Under the pieces are notes generated by a model that worked only from the letters and a program-made list of their open reading frames with translations, had not been told where the DNA came from and did no database searches. DNA of 64,000 nucleotides from an uncultured delta proteobacterium. GTDB lineage: Bacteria; Desulfobacterota; Syntrophia; Syntrophales; UBA2185. The translations under genes and the position numbers were made by a program. Of this stretch, positions 31,075-41,269 are shown piece after piece. The DNA lies in NCBI GenBank assembly GCA_963729715.1, contig CAVSPA010000006.1, positions 192,001-256,000 on the forward strand, given 5' to 3'. The first letter of the stretch is position 1. Every line of letters starts with the position of its first letter.

Positions 31075-31943
31075 AGAAATTGAAACTGGGAATACCGAAA
31101 GGAAGCCTGGAGGTCAAGACCGTGGACCTCTTTAAAATGGCTGGCTGGCGCATCACATATGATGAGAGGAGTTACTTCCCGGAAATAGACGACGAGGACA
31201 TCTCCTGCACCCTTGTGAGGGCACAGGAGATGTCAAGATATGTTGAGGATGGAACTCTGGATCTGGGGTTGACCGGCAAGGACTGGATCATCGAAAATGA
31301 ATCGAATGTCGTCGAGGTGCAGGATCTGATATATTCGAAGGCATCGGCAAGGCAGGCGAAGTGGGTTCTGATAGTCAGAGAAGATTCCCCCGTGCAGGCC
31401 ATCGAGGACATGGAAGGGAAGAAGATCTCGACCGAACTGGTGCGATTCACGGAAAGGTATTTCAGGAAGAAGAACATCAATGTTCATGTCGAGTTTTCCT
31501 GGGGTGCAACGGAGGCGAAATGTGTTGAAGGCCTCGTGGATGCCATCGTTGAGGTAACGGAAACGGGAACGACGATTAAGGCTAACAAGTTGAGGATTGT
31601 GCATGAGCTGATGAAAACCAATACAAAGCTCATCGCCAATCCTGCCGCATGGGAGGACCCCTGGAAGCGCAAGAAGATAGAGCAGATAAGGACGCTGCTG
31701 AACGGCTCATTGCTGGCCATGGGGAAGGTGGGCTTGAAGCTGAATGTATCCAAGGAGAATCTTGGGAGGGTTGTCCTCCTGTTGCCTGCGCTGAAAGCGC
31801 CCACCATCTCCGGACTGTACTCGAATGACTGGTATGCTGTGGAAACAATAGTAGACGGGAATGTCGTTCGGGAATTGATTCCCCTGCTTAAAGAAGCCGG
31901 GGCCGAAGGCATTATTGAATATCCCTTGAATAAGGTTGTCTGA
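31071..31943 (+). CDS. hisG: ATP phosphoribosyltransferase (long form)
   Basis: IPKGSL, DLGLTG.D, GATE, ETGTT; C-terminal regulatory domain. Confidence 0.93.
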   Translation: MKKLKLGIPKGSLEVKTVDLFKMAGWRITYDERSYFPEIDDEDISCTLVRAQEMSRYVEDGTLDLGLTGKDWIIENESNVVEVQDLIYSKASARQAKWVLIVREDSPVQAIEDMEGKKISTELVRFTERYFRKKNINVHVEFSWGATEAKCVEGLVDAIVEVTETGTTIKANKLRIVHELMKTNTKLIANPAAWEDPWKRKKIEQIRTLLNGSLLAMGKVGLKLNVSKENLGRVVLLLPALKAPTISGLYSNDWYAVETIVDGNVVRELIPLLKEAGAEGIIEYPLNKVV

Positions 31944-31957
31944 AAGGTACAATTGTT

Positions 31958-32545
31958 ATGGCACGCAAGGCTAAAATTTACAGGAAAACAACGGAGACGG
32001 AAGTAACGATAGAGATCAATCTTGATGGTGCGGGGGAAAGGAAGATATCGACAACTGTGGCGTTTATGGATCACATGCTCAACCTCTTTGCCCGGCACGG
32101 CCTCATTCATCTCGTCATAAAGGGCCATGGTGATACGCAAGTTGATGATCATCACCTAGTTGAGGACATCGGTATTTGCCTTGGCGATGCCGTGAAAAAA
32201 GCCGTTGGTGATAAGAAGGGAATAAGACGTTACGGATCTGCCATTATTCCCATGGATGAGAGTTTGTGCAGCGTAGTCATGGATATTTCCGGAAGACCCT
32301 ATCTGATTTATAACGTGGAATTCAAGGGGAAGAAAAGCGACAAGTTCGACTACTCTCTATTAAGGGAATTTTTTAAGTCCTTTTCAGATCATAGCGGAAT
32401 AACCTTGCATATCAATCTTCTTTATGGTAGGAATAACCACCATATAGCCGAGGCGATTTTTAAAGCCTTTGCCCTTGCCTTGAGAAAAGCAGTGACCATT
32501 CACGGCCGCATAGAAGGCATCTTATCCACTAAAGGAAGTCTGTGA
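31958..32545 (+). CDS. hisB: Imidazoleglycerol-phosphate dehydratase
   Basis: DHML, DDHH.VED, PMDE, NNHH.AEA.FKA. Confidence 0.95.
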   Translation: MARKAKIYRKTTETEVTIEINLDGAGERKISTTVAFMDHMLNLFARHGLIHLVIKGHGDTQVDDHHLVEDIGICLGDAVKKAVGDKKGIRRYGSAIIPMDESLCSVVMDISGRPYLIYNVEFKGKKSDKFDYSLLREFFKSFSDHSGITLHINLLYGRNNHHIAEAIFKAFALALRKAVTIHGRIEGILSTKGSL

Positions 32546-33282
32546 TCAGCAGTCTCCGAAGAGGAGGTGGTAACATCCACAGAGATTCGTTCCGTATTTT
32601 AGATCGTTTTGCCCAGTTCCTCCTTTTATTTTTAATTCTTTGCGTAGTTTGCGGCTGCCAGCGAGCGAGCGGCGTATCTACAACCCTCAAAGATGACGGG
32701 AAGGTTGTCTTCAAGCGTATCGCTGTCGTCCCATTCCAGGCAATCCGCCAAGAAGATGCAGATGTTAACACAGTGCGATGTCCTGTGTGTGGATTGGTGT
32801 TCCGGACGGAGAGCTATGCCAAAGGGTCAGAGACAATTGTCGAAGGCATATTTCTTGATCGCCTCAAAGACGAGAAGATGTTTGCTCTTATCCCGCCGGA
32901 CAGAGTGGGAGGCGTTTACGAAGGGGTCACAGGAGGCCTGTTCAAAGCGGATCTCCTCGATGTCTTAAAAAAAGTTGGCACTGAATTGGAAGCGGATGGA
33001 ATTATATTAGCTTACGTGTACCGTTTCCGTGAAAGGAAAGGTTTCTCGCTATCCGTCGAAAAGCCGGCATCCGTGGCCTTTGAAATCCATCTGATCAGGG
33101 TTGCTGACGGCGCCATCGTCTGGAGAGGCATTTTCGATAAGACACAAACCACACTCATGGAGAATCTTCTTCAAATAGCTTCTTTTTTAAAAGAGGGTGG
33201 GAAATGGGTTACCGCCAAAGAGTTGGCTGCCGAGGGCATGGATGATGTCTTAAAGGATTTTCCCGGAGTTCGGCACGAATAA
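32542..33282 (+). CDS. Putative lipoprotein
   Basis: Hydrophobic segment ending VCGC (lipobox-like); IAVVPF and CPVC motifs; start position uncertain. Confidence 0.6.
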   Translation: MISSLRRGGGNIHRDSFRILDRFAQFLLLFLILCVVCGCQRASGVSTTLKDDGKVVFKRIAVVPFQAIRQEDADVNTVRCPVCGLVFRTESYAKGSETIVEGIFLDRLKDEKMFALIPPDRVGGVYEGVTGGLFKADLLDVLKKVGTELEADGIILAYVYRFRERKGFSLSVEKPASVAFEIHLIRVADGAIVWRGIFDKTQTTLMENLLQIASFLKEGGKWVTAKELAAEGMDDVLKDFPGVRHE

Positions 33283-33370
33283 CAGAAACGCATAAACTAT
33301 CACCTGTGGAACCATGCTGCAGCAGTTCGCGCAGCGGGAAGTTTCGTAGACTCGGGATGGGAGTAGACAA

Positions 33371-34096
33371 GTGATCATAATACCGGCGATCGATTTGAAA
33401 GATGGCCGGTGTGTGCGGCTTGCGCAGGGTGATTTCAGGCGTGTGACCGTATATTCAAACGATCCTGTCGGTATAGCCAAGAAATGGCAGGAGAGCGGCG
33501 CAGAGCGTATACATGTGGTTGATCTTGACGGTTCGCTCGCCGGCTCACCAAGGAATGCAGATGTGATCCGGGACATCGTCGCAAAAGTCGGCTTACCAAT
33601 TGAGGTCGGCGGCGGCATAAGGGACATGAAGACCATCGAGGCCTATATAGGAATGGGCGTAAACTGGGTGATCCTGGGCACGATGGCTCTGAAAGACAAG
33701 GATTTCGTCAGGAAGGCGTGTGACGGTCATAAAGGCAAAATCATTCTCGGTATCGATGCGAATGACGGGAAGGCGGCGATCCAGGGGTGGACAGAGAGGA
33801 CTTCAGAATCTGCAGTTGATATAGCAAAAGGTTATGAAGGCTTCGGACTGGCTGCGATTGTCTACACGAACATCAAAAGGGACGGCATGGAAACGGGCGT
33901 CGATATAGAGGCTACCAGAAATCTCGCCCAGTCAGTTGATATACCGGTAATAGCTTCAGGCGGCGTATCAAGTGTTGAAGATATCCGCAGGCTCCGTGAA
34001 ATAGAAAAGTTCGGTGTCGTGGGTGTTATTATCGGTAAAGCACTGTATTCAGGCGCCGTTTCGCTAACAGAGGCCATAGCCCTATCGAAGTATTGA
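33371..34096 (+). CDS. hisA: ProFAR isomerase
   Basis: IPAIDL..GRCVRL.QG, HVVDLDG, GGGIR, ASGG. Confidence 0.95.
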   Translation: MIIIPAIDLKDGRCVRLAQGDFRRVTVYSNDPVGIAKKWQESGAERIHVVDLDGSLAGSPRNADVIRDIVAKVGLPIEVGGGIRDMKTIEAYIGMGVNWVILGTMALKDKDFVRKACDGHKGKIILGIDANDGKAAIQGWTERTSESAVDIAKGYEGFGLAAIVYTNIKRDGMETGVDIEATRNLAQSVDIPVIASGGVSSVEDIRRLREIEKFGVVGVIIGKALYSGAVSLTEAIALSKY

Positions 34097-34327
34097 TATC
34101 TGTGACAAAGCATTTTTGATGATTCTGCATGATGGCAAGAAAAGTCGGCTCCATTATGAAGAAGGTTGCAATGCTGCCTGACCTCAAGAAGGGGAGGATA
34201 TAGCCCGATGCCCGAAACAGGAATGGATACAGCGGACCTGACGTATTTTGACTTTTTGCCGAATCTTCATTCTTAAAATCCGGCCGTTCAGGCATGGAGG
34301 TTCAATTCAAAGAGAAAGGATGACGTC

Positions 34328-34672
34328 ATGGAAGATTGCATTTTTTGCAAGATAGCGAATGGCACGATACCGAGCAAAAAAGTTTACGAAGACGCGGAGG
34401 TATTGGTCTTTGATGACATCCATCCTATGGCACCTGTTCACGTTGTCATAATTCCTAAAAAGCATATTCCAACCATGCTGGACGTGACGAAAGTGGACAT
34501 GAACTCCGTCGGTTCCATGTTCATTGCCGCCCAAGAAGTGGCACGTATCAAAGGCATAAATGAAAGAGGATTTCGAGTGGTCATAAACTGCAATGAAGAA
34601 GGTGGGCAGGTCATTTTTCACCTGCACATGCATTTATTGGGGGGGAAAAAACTGAAGGACGGGCTGGCCTGA
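34328..34672 (+). CDS. Histidine triad nucleotide-binding protein
   Basis: DCIFCKI, HLHMH. Confidence 0.92.
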   Translation: MEDCIFCKIANGTIPSKKVYEDAEVLVFDDIHPMAPVHVVIIPKKHIPTMLDVTKVDMNSVGSMFIAAQEVARIKGINERGFRVVINCNEEGGQVIFHLHMHLLGGKKLKDGLA

Positions 34673-34741
34673 TTAAAGGCGTCTTGACAAACAGCTAATG
34701 TGACATAAATTATTGACGTTTAAAGTTATATGGGTGGTATA

Positions 34742-35188
34742 ATGAATATTGATGAGAAAGTTAACGGTGAGATGGTCTTGGCCGCGAAGGCAAAGGATCA
34801 GGTAAGGTTGTCTGCCATAAGGATGGTGAAGGCAGCTATGCATAACAGGGAAATAGACCTGAAGAGGAAATTAAACGAAGTGGAATTTCTGCAGCTCTTG
34901 TCATCCATGGTGAAGCAGAGAAAAGACTCGATCGACCAGTTTAGAAAAGGTGGAAGAGAGGATCTGGTGGACAAAGAGGAGGCGGAACTGAAGGTTATAC
35001 AGGCATTTATGCCAGAGCAGATGTCGGAAGAAGATGTCGCTCGCGAAATTGAGACGGCAATCAAAGAAGTCGGCGCGATCAGTATCAAAGATATGGGGAA
35101 AGTAATGAAGGCCCTGATGCCGAGATTAACGGGTAAGACTGATGGGAAGCTGGTCGGCGAGAAGGTTAAGGAAAAATTATCATCTTAA
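34742..35188 (+). CDS. GatB/YqeY domain protein
   Basis: KQRKDSI.QF..GGR.DL, KDMGKVM. Confidence 0.9.
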   Translation: MNIDEKVNGEMVLAAKAKDQVRLSAIRMVKAAMHNREIDLKRKLNEVEFLQLLSSMVKQRKDSIDQFRKGGREDLVDKEEAELKVIQAFMPEQMSEEDVAREIETAIKEVGAISIKDMGKVMKALMPRLTGKTDGKLVGEKVKEKLSS

Positions 35189-35482
35189 TTGCACACATTT
35201 CATCCTGGCGCAAGCATCCCCCCTCCCTCTTCAGTACAGGGGGATAAGGGGCTGAATTCATATCAGTCATCGAGAAAATTGAAGATAGATGAACTCCCCG
35301 GCAAGGAAGAAATTATTCTGCATTGCGCCCTTTCTCCCGCCATACGGGCAGGCATATTGGAAGCGCTCCCGGCCTATGATTTGCCACTCAGAACTTCTTG
35401 TAAAAAGATTCGATAATCTTAGCTCCTTTTTTGGATTTATCGACGTCTGCGTTTTAGTCCTGAAAGGATAAGGGACGAGGCA

Positions 35483-37264
35483 GTGAAAGGACATATTGCT
35501 CCGGATAAAATAGAAGAGATAAAGAGAAGGGCGGATATCGTTGATCTGATTTCCGAATATGTCACGCTCAAGAAAGGAGGGAAGAACTTTCTCGGACTCT
35601 GCCCCTTTCACAAGGAGAAGACGCCTTCCTTTACGGTGAATCGAGACAAGCAGATATTCTACTGTTTCGGATGCGGTGAGGGAGGCAATGTTCTGACATT
35701 TCTGATGAAGATGAGCGACATGTCTTTCCCGGAAGCGGTAAGGCATCTGGCAGGCAAAACGGGCGTTGTCATTCCTGAGAGAATTTTGACCCACGAGGAG
35801 AAGGAGTCATTTAGCGTCAGGAACGAAATCAGCCGCGTCAACAAGATGGCAGCGGCGTATTTCTCCAAGAACCTATTTTCGCATGCAGGAAAAGAGGCAC
35901 AAGACTACCTGAGAAAAAGGGGGATGCAGGAGAACGTAGTCAAGGAATTCGGCCTTGGATATGCCCTCGACGGATGGAGGCATCTGAGGGATTATTTCGA
36001 AAAGGCTGGTATCTCCTTGACGCTTGTTGAACAGTCAGGACTGGTCATTCCAAAAGCAAACGGGGGCGGGTCTTATTACGACCGGTTCAGGAGGAGATTA
36101 ATTTTCCCCATAGAGGACGTCGGTGGCAGTGTCATTGCCTTCGGCGGCAGGATTATAGGGAGCGGCGAACCGAAGTATCTGAATACTTCCGAATCACCCG
36201 TATACATCAAGGGAAGGAATCTCTATGGTCTCAACCGCACGAAGGAAAACATCCGCCAGAAAGGTTATGCCATCCTCGTAGAAGGATATTTCGACTTGAT
36301 CACCCTGTGGGCTTCCGGCGTCAGGAATGTCATAGCGACACTCGGGACTGCTCTGACACGAGATCACGTCGATCTAATGCGGCGGTATACTTCGCACGTC
36401 GCGGTGGTGTTTGATCCTGATGAAGCCGGGAAGAAGGCACTGACGAGGAGCATAGAATTATTTCTTTCAGGAAATATGCATGCAAAGGGCGTTGTACTTC
36501 CGGATGGCTATGATCCTGATCAATATTTGAGGGCGCATGGAAAAGAATCATTCATGGAAATCATCGATAAAGCCGAGTCCCTGGTAGATTACTATATTGA
36601 GAATGTTATCGGGGGAGTGGCGACTTATGAAGAGAAGAGGGACGCCCTGAAGGAAGCCGTGTCGTTTGTTATCCATATTGATAATACAAGAGAGAGGGAT
36701 TTGTTCATAAAAAGGGTATCGGAGAAAATAGGTCTGGATCAAGAGCTTCTGACAAAAGAGGTCAATCTTGCCCTGAAGGCGCCTGCCGCAAAGGAGGCAG
36801 ATTCCTCAAGAGAACCTGATATAGAAATCGACACGGTGGAGCTGAGTATTATCCATATCATGCTGGAATATCCTTCTGTGGTTCCTGAAATTGCCCAAAA
36901 AAATATCTTTGATTGCTTTATGAGTGCGAATCTGAAATCTCTCGCCGTAAAGCTAACGGACTATTATGCAAAGAAAGGGGTAAAGGGTTTTGATGCGTCG
37001 CAGTTCATACAGACAATTGATAACGAATTCATAAAGAAAAAGCTTCTCAGAATGATGATAGATGAGAATCCTTACAATGAAAAGGTGATTGACCGCGTTA
37101 CCGCAGATGCGATGAAACAGGTTAAACGGAAGTGGTACAAGGAAAGATGCCGCGTCTTGAAGACGAAAATTAAGAAAGCCGAGGAAAACAATAACCAAGA
37201 GCTGTGGGCAAGGCTCTTGCAAGAGTTGCAAGGACTGCAGAGAGAAGAAAAAACGACGTTGTGA
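35483..37264 (+). CDS. dnaG: DNA primase
   Basis: CPFH..KTPSF zinc finger, KYLN, EGYFD, DPDEAG. Confidence 0.96.
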   Translation: MKGHIAPDKIEEIKRRADIVDLISEYVTLKKGGKNFLGLCPFHKEKTPSFTVNRDKQIFYCFGCGEGGNVLTFLMKMSDMSFPEAVRHLAGKTGVVIPERILTHEEKESFSVRNEISRVNKMAAAYFSKNLFSHAGKEAQDYLRKRGMQENVVKEFGLGYALDGWRHLRDYFEKAGISLTLVEQSGLVIPKANGGGSYYDRFRRRLIFPIEDVGGSVIAFGGRIIGSGEPKYLNTSESPVYIKGRNLYGLNRTKENIRQKGYAILVEGYFDLITLWASGVRNVIATLGTALTRDHVDLMRRYTSHVAVVFDPDEAGKKALTRSIELFLSGNMHAKGVVLPDGYDPDQYLRAHGKESFMEIIDKAESLVDYYIENVIGGVATYEEKRDALKEAVSFVIHIDNTRERDLFIKRVSEKIGLDQELLTKEVNLALKAPAAKEADSSREPDIEIDTVELSIIHIMLEYPSVVPEIAQKNIFDCFMSANLKSLAVKLTDYYAKKGVKGFDASQFIQTIDNEFIKKKLLRMMIDENPYNEKVIDRVTADAMKQVKRKWYKERCRVLKTKIKKAEENNNQELWARLLQELQGLQREEKTTL

Positions 37265-37315
37265 AAATAACGTGTTTAAATTTGTTTTTTTAATAAAGCG
37301 CCGGGAGAAACCAAT

Positions 37316-39064
37316 ATGGGAAAAGAAATGGAATCGGAAGAATTTAAGAAGTTAATATCATTGGGCGAGTCGAAAGGCTTCTTGACCTATGACGATGTTA
37401 ACGATTTGCTGCCATCCGACGTCATATCTTCGGACCAGATAGATGATATCATCATGCTCTTTGGTGAGAAAAATATAGACATCATCGATACTGACAAAGG
37501 CGAAAAGCTGGTTGTGAAAAAGGTTGCCGATGAAAGGGCGGAAGTCAAAGAGGAAGACATTCTTGACCTCATGGCTACCGTGGGAAAGACCGGCGATCCT
37601 GTCAAGATGTACCTTCGCGAAATGGGGCTTGTATCCTTACTCTCGAGGGAAGGAGAAGTTGAGATAGCAAAGAAGATCGAAGAGGGAGAGAAGGAGGTCA
37701 TGGACTCCATCTTTGGTGTGACGGCCCTGGTGAAGGATGTCGTGGATATCGGCAAGAAAATCAAGAGCGGTGATATCCGTATAAAGAGCATAGTAGCCAA
37801 TCTTGAGGATGAAGACGGTTTTGTTGAAGAGGACATGCATAAGGAAAGGGTAGTGAAACTGATTGACAGGATAACTGCCTTAGACAGGAAAAATGACACC
37901 CTTAAGCGGAAGCTCAAACTCAAAAGCCTGCGCAAGAAAGAGAGGAGCGCTGCCGAGGAGGAACTTGAAAAAAATATCAGGAACATCATTCGTCTGTGCA
38001 GAAAAGTCAAATTCAGCAAGAGACAGATAGAAAGAATGGCCTCGAAGCTGAAGAGCTATGTCACGGCAGGAGAAAAGGCGGAAAACGACCTCCGCAGATG
38101 CAAGGGAACAACGGGATTGTCCCTCAATGAAATGGAGAAGGCATGGAAACGCGTAAGGAAGTTGCCGGCCGGTCGTGTGATCGATAAAGAAACAAGGGTA
38201 TCAATTCAGAAGTTGAAAGAATGCGAAGCCCTCGTAGGGGAAGCGAAAAAGACAACAGCAGCAATCGCGCAGGAAATAGGGATCTCTCTATCTGCTTTAA
38301 AAAAGATTGTTACTGTCATCGAGAGGGGAGAGAGAAAAGCTGACAGAGCCAAGAGAAAACTGGTGGAAGCGAACCTGCGCCTGGTTGTAAGCATAGCCAA
38401 AAAGTATACAAGCCGAGGATTGCAATTCCTGGACCTTATCCAGGAGGGGAATATCGGTCTGATGAAAGCAGTTGATAAATTTGAATATCAACGAGGATAT
38501 AAATTTTCCACTTATGCTACATGGTGGATCAGGCAGGCGATAACAAGGGCGATTGCCGATCAGGCAAGGACCATAAGAATTCCCGTCCATATGATTGAGA
38601 CGATAAACAAGCTGATTCGCACATCACGTTACCTGGTGCAGGAATTGGGCAGAGAGCCAAATCCTGAGGAAATTGCGAATAAGATGGAGTATCCTTTAGA
38701 AAAGGTGAGAAAAGTTCTGAAGATCGCCAAAGAACCCATATCTCTCGAGACACCCATAGGCGAGGAAGAGGATAGTCACCTTGGTGATTTTATAGTTGAT
38801 AAAAAAATTATGTCGCCTTCAGAAGCTACAATAAGCATGAATCTCGCGGAACAAACAAGAAAGATATTGTCAACATTGACGCCGAGGGAAGAAAAAGTAC
38901 TGAGGATGCGTTTTGGAATCAGCGAGAGGAGCGATTATTCGTCGGAGAGGGAAAAGAGTCACTTGGAGATCAACCGGGAGCGGAACAAACAGTTGGAGGC
39001 AAATACGGTCAGAAAATTGAGGAACCCGTCAAGGAGGAAAGTCTTCCGACCGGCAGCGAAATAA
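37316..39064 (+). CDS. rpoD: RNA polymerase sigma factor RpoD with a divergent region 4.2
   Basis: Region 1.1, [39 protein letters not shown]; directly follows dnaG. Confidence 0.92.
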   Translation: MGKEMESEEFKKLISLGESKGFLTYDDVNDLLPSDVISSDQIDDIIMLFGEKNIDIIDTDKGEKLVVKKVADERAEVKEEDILDLMATVGKTGDPVKMYLREMGLVSLLSREGEVEIAKKIEEGEKEVMDSIFGVTALVKDVVDIGKKIKSGDIRIKSIVANLEDEDGFVEEDMHKERVVKLIDRITALDRKNDTLKRKLKLKSLRKKERSAAEEELEKNIRNIIRLCRKVKFSKRQIERMASKLKSYVTAGEKAENDLRRCKGTTGLSLNEMEKAWKRVRKLPAGRVIDKETRVSIQKLKECEALVGEAKKTTAAIAQEIGISLSALKKIVTVIERGERKADRAKRKLVEANLRLVVSIAKKYTSRGLQFLDLIQEGNIGLMKAVDKFEYQRGYKFSTYATWWIRQAITRAIADQARTIRIPVHMIETINKLIRTSRYLVQELGREPNPEEIANKMEYPLEKVRKVLKIAKEPISLETPIGEEEDSHLGDFIVDKKIMSPSEATISMNLAEQTRKILSTLTPREEKVLRMRFGISERSDYSSEREKSHLEINRERNKQLEANTVRKLRNPSRRKVFRPAAK

Positions 39065-39067
39065 AGA

Positions 39068-39096
39068 TTGACAAGCATAAAGCAAGAAGTATAAAT
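39068..39096 (+). promoter_or_regulatory. sigma70 promoter for the tRNA
   Basis: TTGACA followed 16 nt later by TATAAAT. Confidence 0.55.
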
Positions 39097-39141
39097 AAAC
39101 AGTTTACAACCGAGGCAAGATCTTTAGTAAGAAGTAACGAC

Positions 39142-39217
39142 GGGCCCATAGCTCAATTGGAAGAGCCACCGGCTCATAACCGGTAGGTCCCTGGTTCGAA
39201 CCCAGGTGGGCCCACCA
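39142..39217 (+). tRNA. tRNA with CAT anticodon, probably tRNA-Ile2 (lysidine) rather than Met
   Basis: 76-nt cloverleaf, GGGCCCA/TGGGCCC acceptor stem, CTCATAA anticodon loop, GGTTCGAA, encoded CCA; G1-C72 pair excludes the initiator. Confidence 0.93.
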
Positions 39218-39377
39218 CAATAATTGAAAAGCCAGGTGTTGCAATTTTATACCGCGTATAAGGCATATCATCATATGCATTGCCGCATCTGTACTGAGAG
39301 TAATGATTATATGTATCCGGGAAAGATATCAGCAGGCATTTCAACAAAGCATCAGGGGAGAAATATCCTGAAGAATC

Positions 39378-39408
39378 AAATGCACCACATGTTGGTGCAT
39401 TTTTTTTT
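39378..39408 (+). terminator. Intrinsic terminator downstream of the tRNA
   Basis: AAATGCACCA...TGGTGCATTT followed by a T tract. Confidence 0.6.
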
Positions 39409-39491
39409 GCACCGATGACAGATTTTGACTTCAAGAATGCATTAATGGATACGACGCCCCATTTGATAAATGAAGATGAAAGGGGATTCTT

Positions 39492-40214
39492 TTGAAAGAA
39501 CAGTTATCATACTTAATTGAGCTTCAGAAACTCGACTTGATCGTAGGCAGGATAATCGTGAAAAAAGGCGAACTGCCTGATAAAATTGTGCAGATGGATG
39601 AAGGATTCGCGGCCTCTGCGAAAAGCGTGGAGGAAAGCAAGAAGATGTTTGAGGAATTGAATAAACTGCAGGGTGAGAAGGAAGACAAGTTAAGAAGAGG
39701 CATCGATACCCTGAAGAAGACGAAAGATCGCCTATTGGAGGTAAAGACAAACAAGGAATATCAGGCAATGTTGAAGGAAATTGAAACCATAGAGAACAAG
39801 AACAGCGAGATCGAAGATGAAATCATTTCCGGTTTGGACAGGATCGATCATATGAGAGCCGAGGTGAAGGTAAAAGAGAAAGATTTTGAAACTCGCAGGG
39901 CGCAGTATGAGAAGAATAAGGAAAAGCTGGAGAAAGAGATAAGTCAGCTTGACCAGGATCTTCAGGACGCAGAGAAAAAAACCGATGCGCTCAGAAAACG
40001 GATTCGTGGCGAACTTCTCAAAAGGTATGAAACGATTAAAGGCAGGAGAAATGGGGTGGCCGTGGCATTGGTGTGGAAGGAAGTCTGCGGCGGCTGCCAT
40101 ATGAACATACCCCCTCAAATGTATAACGAGCTGCAAACGTCTGCGGATCTCTTAACCTGTCCGAACTGTAACCGCATCATCTACTGGCATAGTCAGGGTG
40201 AAAATAATGGATAG
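39492..40214 (+). CDS. Coiled-coil C4 zinc-ribbon protein (DUF164/CdsZ-like)
   Basis: Long coiled coil, CGGC...CPNC.RI. Confidence 0.88.
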   Translation: MKEQLSYLIELQKLDLIVGRIIVKKGELPDKIVQMDEGFAASAKSVEESKKMFEELNKLQGEKEDKLRRGIDTLKKTKDRLLEVKTNKEYQAMLKEIETIENKNSEIEDEIISGLDRIDHMRAEVKVKEKDFETRRAQYEKNKEKLEKEISQLDQDLQDAEKKTDALRKRIRGELLKRYETIKGRRNGVAVALVWKEVCGGCHMNIPPQMYNELQTSADLLTCPNCNRIIYWHSQGENNG

Positions 40215-40617
40215 CCCGGTTATAAATCTTTACACCGATGGGGCATGCCGGGGAAATCCCGGGCAGGGCGGCGCAGGAGCCGTCCTGGTGAATGAGACGG
40301 GAGAAATCATAGCGACAGTGAGGCATTCATTGGGATACTGCACGAATAATATCGCAGAGTACAAGGCTCTCATTTTCGGTTTAGAAGAAGCCTTAAAGAA
40401 GCGATGTAGGCAGTTGAACATATTTCTCGATTCAGAGCTCTTGGTCAATCAGATAAAAGGCTCATATAAAGTGAAAAATGAAAATCTGAAAACCCTGATG
40501 TCCGAAGTGAGAAAATTGCTGTTGCGTTTTGACGGTTATAAAGTAGAGCATATCGATAGAAGCCTGAATCAGATGGCCGACAAATTGGCCAATGAAGCCA
40601 TAGATGAAGCGCCCTGA
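40207..40617 (+). CDS. rnhA: Ribonuclease HI family protein
   Basis: TDGACRGNPG, TNNIAEY, DSELLVNQ, N..AD.LAN. Confidence 0.9.
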   Translation: MDSPVINLYTDGACRGNPGQGGAGAVLVNETGEIIATVRHSLGYCTNNIAEYKALIFGLEEALKKRCRQLNIFLDSELLVNQIKGSYKVKNENLKTLMSEVRKLLLRFDGYKVEHIDRSLNQMADKLANEAIDEAP

Positions 40618-40651
40618 TCCATCGTTCCCATCTGAAATCTCAATTTCTAAA

Positions 40652-40682
40652 TTGAAGCTCTCCGCAGCAAGCCTCGGGGAAT
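40652..40682 (-). repeat. Second copy of the IS200/IS605-like end
   Basis: Reverse complement matches 4153-4183 at 27 of 31 nt. Confidence 0.7.
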
Positions 40683-40860
40683 GCTTGCCGACGAATTCCA
40701 AGTTACTCCCCGACGCTTCCGGCATATCTTTCATGGCGCGCCGTCACGGGCATTCCGGGGGCTCTTTGCATCCTGAAATTGCGCGCAGACTCCCGGAAGA
40801 AGATATTCATATTATAACTTCTCTTTCGCATTGGAATTGACTATAATGAAGAAGAGTAAA

Positions 40861-41241
40861 GGTGTTGGAGCAGATCAGATGATCGCTGGCCCGGTCTTCC
40901 GGGCTGGAGGAAAGTCCGAGCTCCGCAGGGCAGGATGGTCGCTAACGGCGACTGGGGGTGACCCTAAGGAAAGTGCCACAGAAAATATACCGCCTGTCAT
41001 TGGCAGGTAAGGGTGAAAAGGCGAGGTAAGAGCTCACCAGTTTCCCGGGTGACCGGGAAAGCTTGGTAAACCCCATCCGGAGCAAGACCAAATAGGAGAA
41101 CAATAAAAGTGGCCCGCTTGTCGTTCTCGGGTAGTGTCGCTTGAGGCAGCAGGCAACTGCTGTCCCAGATGAATGATCATCACCGCCTTTCTGGTGACGG
41201 AAAAGCGGGACAGAACTCGGCTTATGATCTGGTCTGACACC
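40861..41241 (+). ncRNA. rnpB: RNase P RNA (type A)
   Basis: GAGGAAAGTCC, GAAAGTGCCACAGAAA, GGTAAACCCC, ACAGAACTCGGCTTA; the two termini pair as P1. Confidence 0.96.
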
Positions 41242-41269
41242 GATTAAATCCCATTCGCCACTTAATCAC

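Noticed and set aside
35189..35416. 75-aa ORF between yqeY and dnaG
   Set aside because: TTG start without an RBS and no recognisable motif; cannot be supported
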